NCBI GenBank assembly: GCA_043821645.1
Contig: JBDRCO010000051.1
Coordinates: 184,928-248,927 of the forward strand
DNA: 64,000 nt
Origin: Pseudomonadota bacterium
Lineage (GTDB): Bacteria > Myxococcota > JACRCW01 > JAFGSX01
Direction of reading: 5' to 3'
Shown: one piece after another, positions 58,043 through 64,000 of the stretch
Position numbering within the stretch: the stretch's first letter is position 1
Layout: each line of letters starts with the position of its first letter
Program-made: the position numbers and the translations under genes
The notes under the pieces: model-generated
What the model was told of the DNA's origin: nothing
Database searches by the model: none
What the model saw: the letters and a program-made list of their open reading frames with translations, nothing else

Positions 58043-59203
58043 GTGCCCGTCAAACCAGCCAGTGCGTTGAGAATCGTTGCCATTGTCAGTACCGTGATCG
58101 CAGGCGATCCGTCGTGGGCGCAGGGCCCAGGCAGCCCGCATGCCCTGGTGCCCTACAGCGGTCGACTGGAGTCCGCAGGCGCGCCCGCCAGCGGCAACTT
58201 TGATTTTCGCTTCGGGCTGTACGACTCACCCGGCGCTGACACCTCGGAGCTGGCCACGACGCCCAGCCAGGCCCTGTGGTGGGAACCGGCGCTGGCCGTG
58301 CCGGTGCGCCAGGGCACCTTCAGCTGGCAGCTTGGCAGTGCAACAGCGCTCGACAACACACTGTTTCTGCACAACGCGCTGTACCTGGCGATCGCGGTGC
58401 GGCCAGCCGGCGCGTCAACCTGGGTGGTGCTGCAAGGCCTGCAGCGCCTGACACAGGTGCCTTACACGGTGCGCAGCGACCAGTCGGACGGTCTGCACAT
58501 CGACACCGGCGACACCCACTGGCAGTTCGCCGGCCCCGACCTGCAGGTCGCCAGCGACAGCCGCGGCGATGGCGGCCGGGCCATGGTGATGGGCACTGGC
58601 GACAGTCTCATCCTCAACTACGGCGGCGACTTTGCCGGCGGCACACAGATCCAGAGCGATCTCAAGGTCACCGGTAGCGTCACGACCGCCCGGCTCAAGA
58701 TCCCTACCGACCAGGGTGAGCTGACCATCGTCGACGACGACGGCGAGGTCATCGTGCGCATCCAGGAGAACAGCTCGAAGGGCAAGGTCACGCTCGAGGA
58801 CGGCACCGACCTGGACGTCGCAGGCACCGTCACCTGGCACTGCCCCTCGAACATGACGCGCATCGGCACCTGGTGCATCGACAACGCCGCCTCGGCGAGC
58901 AACGTCACCTGGGACGCGGCGACCCTGGCCTGCCACAACGCGGGCAAGGACCTGTGTCCCTATTCGGCGCTCATGGCCTGCGACTCGCTCGAGCCCACGA
59001 CCTCGGAATGCACGGCGGCGACGGACGGTCCCACCGTCCGCCTCATGTGGACGCGCGACCGGCACACCGAGCGCGACGACTTTCTCGAGAGCTGGAGCAA
59101 CAACCTCGTCTGCTTCCGAAGCGACAATGCCGTGCTGGAGTGCACCGCCAACACCACCGAGACCCACGAGTACTTCTGCTGCATCCCGGGCGTGCGCGAG
59201 TAA
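58043..59203 (+). CDS. Secreted fibre/adhesin-like protein with a Cys-rich C-terminal domain
   Basis: GGAGG + GTG start, signal peptide, YSGRL...FRFGLYD...GTFS.QLG...VPY domain, and C-terminal CPSNM..WCID..TWDAA..C...LC..FCC. Confidence 0.7.
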   Translation: MPVKPASALRIVAIVSTVIAGDPSWAQGPGSPHALVPYSGRLESAGAPASGNFDFRFGLYDSPGADTSELATTPSQALWWEPALAVPVRQGTFSWQLGSATALDNTLFLHNALYLAIAVRPAGASTWVVLQGLQRLTQVPYTVRSDQSDGLHIDTGDTHWQFAGPDLQVASDSRGDGGRAMVMGTGDSLILNYGGDFAGGTQIQSDLKVTGSVTTARLKIPTDQGELTIVDDDGEVIVRIQENSSKGKVTLEDGTDLDVAGTVTWHCPSNMTRIGTWCIDNAASASNVTWDAATLACHNAGKDLCPYSALMACDSLEPTTSECTAATDGPTVRLMWTRDRHTERDDFLESWSNNLVCFRSDNAVLECTANTTETHEYFCCIPGVRE

Positions 59204-59332
59204 GGCCGCCCGGCCTCAGGCAGCTCGACGTCCTGCACTGGTACGACTCCCCGCCGGGGCCCCCACCCCTCACCCAGATGGCCCTCGTCACCGAGCGACG
59301 CCAGGAGCGAGGTGTCCTTGACAGCGCTGGTG

Positions 59333-59399
59333 GGGGTGAATGCCGGCGGATTCACTCCGACAGGGTTGCTGCCGGGGTGAAGTCGACAGGATTCACTCC
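59333..59399. repeat. Two direct copies of the dyad GGGGTGAA-N10-TTCACTCC, 41-bp period
   Basis: Copies at 59333-59358 and 59374-59399. Confidence 0.8.
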
Positions 59400-59456
59400 C
59401 GTCGACGAGGGGCGGGCCGACCACCCCTGAGGGACGCAGAGCGGCCCGACCGCCCT

Positions 59457-60455
59457 TTAGAAGAATTTGTAGGCCAGGACCAGGTTCGTCGCGACGTCGT
59501 AGTTCTGGTACGCGTTGCGCCGCGCGATGGCCGCGTTGTCCCACAGGAAGGTCAGGTTGAAGCCCACGGCCAGGTTCTGGCTCATGCTCAGGTTCACCGC
59601 GCTGCTCGAGGCAAAGGTGGTGGCCTCGAAGGGGCCGAGCTTGTTGTCTCCAGCGGCGTCGACGCGGGATTGCTCGAAGGGCGCCTCGACGTCGGGCCAG
59701 ATGTTGGTCACAACCTCGAGGGTCTGGATGAAGGCCAGGTTGTCGCTCAGGGCGTTGGTGTAGCTGACCAGGACGCGCGCACCACCCACACCATTGGTGT
59801 CCTCGAAGCGTGAGGTGTCGGCCAGGGTGGTCTTGCCGTCGCCGTTGGTGTCGCCGTCAAAGGGCGCGCGGTCGATGGTGTACACCGCACCCAGCTCGGC
59901 GGTGAGGGCGTGCTTCTTCTCGTGCAGGAACAGCCGCCGGTAGCCCAGCTCGGCGCGCATGCGCAGCTCGAGGTTGGCGGCCGAATCATGCACCGCCAGG
60001 GCACTGGTATAGGCCGAGTCGCTTTCGGTGATGAAGAAGTCGTAGCGCAGCTTGCCCGAGCCCAGGGTGTTGAAGTTCTTGTCCAGTGGCACCTCGAAGC
60101 CATCTGTGAGGTCACCATTGGTGTCCTGGGCGATGCCCGTCACGCCACCTCCACCCTCGACCCGGAGGCCGTGGACGGAGTAGCGCAGCTGGTAGTAGCC
60201 GCCCAGCTTGCCCGCCAGGGATGAGACATTGCCTGCGGTGAAGAAGGCCGCCAGGCTGACCTGGGATTCGTGGCTGAGCTGGTCCGCAGGTTGTGCGGGA
60301 TCCTGGGCCTTTTCCGTGGGCTTCGCCTTGGCGTCTGCTGGCGCAGCGGTGGCCACGGGGGGGGGCGCCGCGGTGACCTGGGCGCGCAGGGCCGGGCCCA
60401 GCAGCAGGGCCGCCAGAGTCCCAAGGATTGTCGAAAACCCACTTAAATTGCGCAT
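59457..60455 (-). CDS. DUF481 family outer-membrane beta-barrel
   Basis: Signal peptide, TAGN, LRYD, ELGYR, NLAVGFNLTFLWDN, terminal YKFF; GGAGG RBS. Confidence 0.75.
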   Translation of the reverse strand: MRNLSGFSTILGTLAALLLGPALRAQVTAAPPPVATAAPADAKAKPTEKAQDPAQPADQLSHESQVSLAAFFTAGNVSSLAGKLGGYYQLRYSVHGLRVEGGGGVTGIAQDTNGDLTDGFEVPLDKNFNTLGSGKLRYDFFITESDSAYTSALAVHDSAANLELRMRAELGYRRLFLHEKKHALTAELGAVYTIDRAPFDGDTNGDGKTTLADTSRFEDTNGVGGARVLVSYTNALSDNLAFIQTLEVVTNIWPDVEAPFEQSRVDAAGDNKLGPFEATTFASSSAVNLSMSQNLAVGFNLTFLWDNAAIARRNAYQNYDVATNLVLAYKFF

Positions 60456-60712
60456 GATTAGCTTTCCTCCGCCAAGTCCAAGAGCAACCCTCGTCGGCCC
60501 CTTGTGTAGCAGATTCCGCGGTCTCGGCAAGCGAATTGCTGGACATTGCGCTGTAACCCCCCGATTTGTCTGAGCCCATCCTCGCTCATTTAATAATGGG
60601 TGGCCTCTTTTTTCGCTTTTTTCAAGACGCCCGCTCCGGCCTGTGTTACATGCGCCCCCCTTGACCGAGACGACGCGGGCCGCCGACAGGATGGCCGGGA
60701 GAAATCGAACGC

Positions 60713-63334
60713 ATGACAATCCTCGTGATCGTGGAGTCGCCGGCCAAGGCCAAGACCATCAGTCGCTTCCTGGGGCCGGAATACGTCGTGGAGGCATCCT
60801 ACGGGCACATCCGGGACCTGCCTGACAAGGCCACCGAGATCCCCGAGGCGGTCAAGAAAGAAAAGTGGGCGCGCCTGGGTGTCAACGTCGAGCGCGACTT
60901 CGAGCCCCTGTACATCATCCCCGAGGACAAGAAGAAGCATGTGCAGCGCCTGAAGAAGGCGCTCAAGGATGCGGACGAGCTGCTGCTCGCGACAGACGAA
61001 GATCGCGAGGGTGAGAGCATCTGCTGGCACCTGGTCGAGGTGCTCAAGCCCAAGGTGCCGGTCCGCCGCATCGCTTTTCACGAGATCACCAAGGCCGCGA
61101 TCCTCGCCGCCGTCGAGCATCCAGGGCAGGTCCTGGACAATCTCGTGCGCGCCCAGGAGAGCCGGCGCATTCTCGACCGTCTGTTCGGCTATCGGCTGAG
61201 CCCGGTGCTGTGGAAGAAGGTCAAGCGCGGCCTGAGCGCGGGTCGGGTGCAGAGCGTGGCGGTCAAGCTGTGCGTGGAGCGCGAGCGCGAGCGCCGCGCC
61301 TTCGTCACCGCAGGCTACTTCGGCATCGACGCGGAGCTGGGCAAGGACGGCCGCAGCTTCTCCGCCAAGCTGAACCGGATCGGCGAGCAGCGCGTGGCCG
61401 TTGGCAACGACTTTGACGGCACCACAGGTCTGCCAGGCAGCAAGGTCCTGTGGGTGCGCAGCGAGGACGAGGCGAAGGCGCTCATCGAGGCCATGGCGCG
61501 GCCCTTCCGTGTGCGCAGCGTCGACGAGAAGCCATCGAGTTCGCAACCCTCGCCGCCCTTCACCACGGCAACTCTGCAGCAGGAGGCCAACCGCAAGCTG
61601 GGCTTCAGCGCGCGCCACACCATGCGCGTCGCCCAGCACCTGTACGAGGGCGTGGATCTCGACGGCGAGCGCGTCGGTGTCATCACCTACATGCGAACGG
61701 ATTCGGTGAACCTGTCGGAGCTGGCCCTGGGCGAGGCCGAGCAGGTGGTGCGCGACCTGTACGGCGCCGACTACACCAAGGGGCCGCGGCGCTACCGCAC
61801 CCAGAGCGCGGGGGCCCAGGAGGCCCACGAGGCCATTCGTCCGACCGAGCTGCATCGCACCCCGCAGTCCCTCGAGAGCTTCCTCGACCGCGATGAGCTG
61901 CGACTGTACGAGCTGATCTGGAAGCGCACCCTGGCCAGCCAGATGACCGATGCCCGCATGCAGCGCACCAGCGTCGAGCTGCTCAGCGTGCTCGGCGACG
62001 GCCGCGAGGCCCTGTTTGGCGCCAGCGGCAAGCGCATCGAGTTCCCGGGGTTTTTGCGCGCCTACGTCGAGGGCGCCGACGATCCGGCCGCCGACATCGC
62101 CGACAAGGAGACCCTGCTGCCGGCACTCAGCGTGGGAGAGCAGATCGATCCGGCTCAGGTCACGGCCAGCGCCCACGAGACCCAGCCACCGGCGCGCTAC
62201 ACCGAGGCCAGCCTGGTCAAGAAGCTCGAGGCCGAGGGCATTGGCCGGCCGTCGACCTATGCCGCCATCATCGACACCATCCAGGACCGCGGCTACGTCG
62301 AGAAGCAGGGCAAGGCCCTGGTGCCGACCTTCACGGCCTTCGCGGTCAACCAGGTCCTCGAGCAGCACTTTGGCGACTACGTGGACCTGCGCTTCACCGC
62401 GCGCATGGAGAGGCAGCTCGACGACATCGCCGACGGCGGGCTGGACTACCTGCAGCACCTGCGCAGCTTCTACCACGGCAATGGCGACGGCCTGCCGGGG
62501 CTGAACGCGCGCATCGAGACCGCCGAGCCCAAGATCGAGTTCCCGGTGGTCATGATAGGCCAGCACCCGCAGACCGGCCAGGACCTGGTGGTCAAGATCG
62601 GCCGCTACGGTCCCTACCTGCAGATGGGCACGGGGGAAGGTGACGAGCGCGTGATCGCGCCGCTACCGGCGAAAGTTGCCCCCGCGGACCTCAGCGTCGA
62701 GCAGGCCGTGACCATTCTCGAGCAGAAGCAGCGTGGACCACGCTGCGTGGGTACCGATCCCGACACCGGGCTGTCCATCTACGTCGCCAACGGGCGCTTC
62801 GGCCCCTATGTGCAGCTGGGCGAGAATCCGACGGATCCCAAGGCCGACAAGCCCAAGCGCGCGTCCCTGGCCAAGGACATGACCGAGGACAGCGTGGACC
62901 TGGCGCAGGCCCTGGTGCTGCTGTCGCTGCCCCGGGTGCTGGGGGTGCATCCGGAGAGCGGTGAGGAGATCACCGCCTCGGTCAGCCGCTTCGGTCCCTT
63001 CGTGCGAGTGGCGGGGAGTTACCGCTCGCTCGAGGCGGACGACGACGTGTACACCATCGAACTGCCGCGGGCGCTCGAGATCCTGGCGCAGCCGCCCAAG
63101 AAGCGGCAGCAGGCCACCAAGAAGGTGCTGCGCGAGCTGGGACTGAATGGCGAGAGCGGCGAGAAGATCACCTTGCTCGAGGGGCGCTACGGCCCCTACG
63201 TCACCGACGGCACGCGCAATGCTTCGCTGCCTCGCAATACCGAGGTCGAGAACTTCGACCTCGAGCAGGCCATCAAGCTGCTGCAGACCAAGGGCAAGGC
63301 ACCCAAGCGGTCGCGAAGGCGGCGCGCCGGCTGA
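60713..63334 (+). CDS. topA: DNA topoisomerase I (type IA) with Toprim C-terminal repeats
   Basis: IVESPAKAKTI, ATDEDREGE, SAGRVQS, ITYMRTD, AQEAHEAIRP, and GR(Y/F)GP(Y/F) repeats. Confidence 0.98.
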   Translation: MTILVIVESPAKAKTISRFLGPEYVVEASYGHIRDLPDKATEIPEAVKKEKWARLGVNVERDFEPLYIIPEDKKKHVQRLKKALKDADELLLATDEDREGESICWHLVEVLKPKVPVRRIAFHEITKAAILAAVEHPGQVLDNLVRAQESRRILDRLFGYRLSPVLWKKVKRGLSAGRVQSVAVKLCVERERERRAFVTAGYFGIDAELGKDGRSFSAKLNRIGEQRVAVGNDFDGTTGLPGSKVLWVRSEDEAKALIEAMARPFRVRSVDEKPSSSQPSPPFTTATLQQEANRKLGFSARHTMRVAQHLYEGVDLDGERVGVITYMRTDSVNLSELALGEAEQVVRDLYGADYTKGPRRYRTQSAGAQEAHEAIRPTELHRTPQSLESFLDRDELRLYELIWKRTLASQMTDARMQRTSVELLSVLGDGREALFGASGKRIEFPGFLRAYVEGADDPAADIADKETLLPALSVGEQIDPAQVTASAHETQPPARYTEASLVKKLEAEGIGRPSTYAAIIDTIQDRGYVEKQGKALVPTFTAFAVNQVLEQHFGDYVDLRFTARMERQLDDIADGGLDYLQHLRSFYHGNGDGLPGLNARIETAEPKIEFPVVMIGQHPQTGQDLVVKIGRYGPYLQMGTGEGDERVIAPLPAKVAPADLSVEQAVTILEQKQRGPRCVGTDPDTGLSIYVANGRFGPYVQLGENPTDPKADKPKRASLAKDMTEDSVDLAQALVLLSLPRVLGVHPESGEEITASVSRFGPFVRVAGSYRSLEADDDVYTIELPRALEILAQPPKKRQQATKKVLRELGLNGESGEKITLLEGRYGPYVTDGTRNASLPRNTEVENFDLEQAIKLLQTKGKAPKRSRRRRAG

Positions 63335-63385
63335 ACCACGCCTCGAAACAGGCCGGATGTCCTTTCGGATGGTATCCTTGAGGGG

Positions 63386-63944
63386 ATGGCGCGTTCTGGT
63401 CACGTCGACACCACCCTCCTGATCGCGTGGAGCCTGCTAGCCCTGGTCGTGGTGGGCTGCCCCGGCGGGGACCCCGAATCCCTCCCCTGCAACCGCAATG
63501 CAGACTGTCCCGCTGGCGAGGTCTGCAAGGACGGCCAGTGCACACCCCGCGAGGCTCTGCGGCCTGACCTCGACGCCATGACCGTGGGCGACAGTGGGAT
63601 CGCGGATCGGGTGGTCGCAGATGCGCACCTGGTGGCGGACGGCGCGCGCAGCGACCTCGCGCCAGCGGACCTGGGCGGACGCGACCAGGGCCAGGTCCCG
63701 GACAGCGGCGGTGGTCTCGACGCTGCGGCCCCCCGACGCCGCCAGCACCTCCGATGGCCAGGTGGGCGATGCCATCGGCCCGGTGGACCGCGTCCCGGTC
63801 GCAGCATCTGCTGGCCACCTGCGCGCCGCGGCAGGCTGGTCCTCGAGCCAGCGCTTTCACCTGCGCTCACGCATCGGACCCGTCCTGGGGCAGGCCAGTG
63901 GCCAGCGCTTCACCCTCACGCATCGCCTGGAGGTCCAGCCATGA
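63386..63944 (+). pseudogene. Cys-rich lipoprotein gene interrupted by an apparent +1 frameshift in a C6 tract
   Basis: ATG 63386, lipobox VVGC, CNRNADCPAGEVCKDGQC, Asp/Ala/Gly linker. The natural continuation is in the +1 frame after 63729-63734 and ends at TGA 63942-63944. Confidence 0.6.
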
Positions 63945-64000
63945 GACCTGCGACGCCACGAATCCAGAACCTGCTGGGCGCCCTCGGCATCCTCGCGGCG
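63941..64000 (+). CDS. 5' end of a probable exported protein (runs off the window)
   Basis: GGAGG RBS, ATGA overlap, signal-peptide-like MRPATPRIQNLLGALGILAA. Confidence 0.6.
   Translation, partial: MRPATPRIQNLLGALGILAA

Noticed and set aside
59333-59399. Mini CRISPR array
   Set aside because: Only two units, the variable part is inside the dyad, the gap between units is 15 bp, and there are no cas genes.
58800-59400. Diversity-generating retroelement target (CLec-like tip plus downstream hairpins)
   Set aside because: No reverse transcriptase and no template/variable repeat pair in the window; the hairpins are about 130 bp from the stop.
59215-59430. Possible gene remnant LRQLDVLHWYDSPPGPPPLTQMALV...
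   Set aside because: No credible start or recognisable family, so it cannot be supported without a homology search.

Overview
GC-rich chromosomal window, very probably from a member of the Myxococcota, because three proteins end in MYXO-CTERM-like sorting tails. It is mostly core and envelope genes: tRNA-Glu(CTC), a CDF metal exporter, DedA, two trypsin-like proteases, a CatA-like acetyltransferase, GH57/DUF3536, a GAF-containing sigma54 activator, nitronate monooxygenase, an M49 peptidase, a complete moxR-DUF58-batABCDE operon followed by bamD, FHA/DUF4388, radA and recF, a DUF481 barrel and topA. I found no integrase, transposase, CRISPR array or reverse transcriptase. The best leads are: (1) a signal-peptide-less protein of the oomycete GP42 transglutaminase-elicitor family with a dyad-rich promoter, converging on a small HTH/Zn-finger gene; (2) a 136-nt long hairpin filling the bamD-TPR intergenic gap, a candidate ncRNA; (3) a PEP-synthase/rifampin-phosphotransferase-like pseudoenzyme lacking its phospho-His and ATP-grasp motifs; (4) a fused PlsAR/Ger-like anaerobic ether-lipid enzyme candidate with a CRP/Rex-like box upstream; (5) twin 26-bp dyads near 59.35 kb; and (6) a C6-tract frameshift that fuses the last two genes. 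All calls come from motif recognition by eye; no database searches were run.
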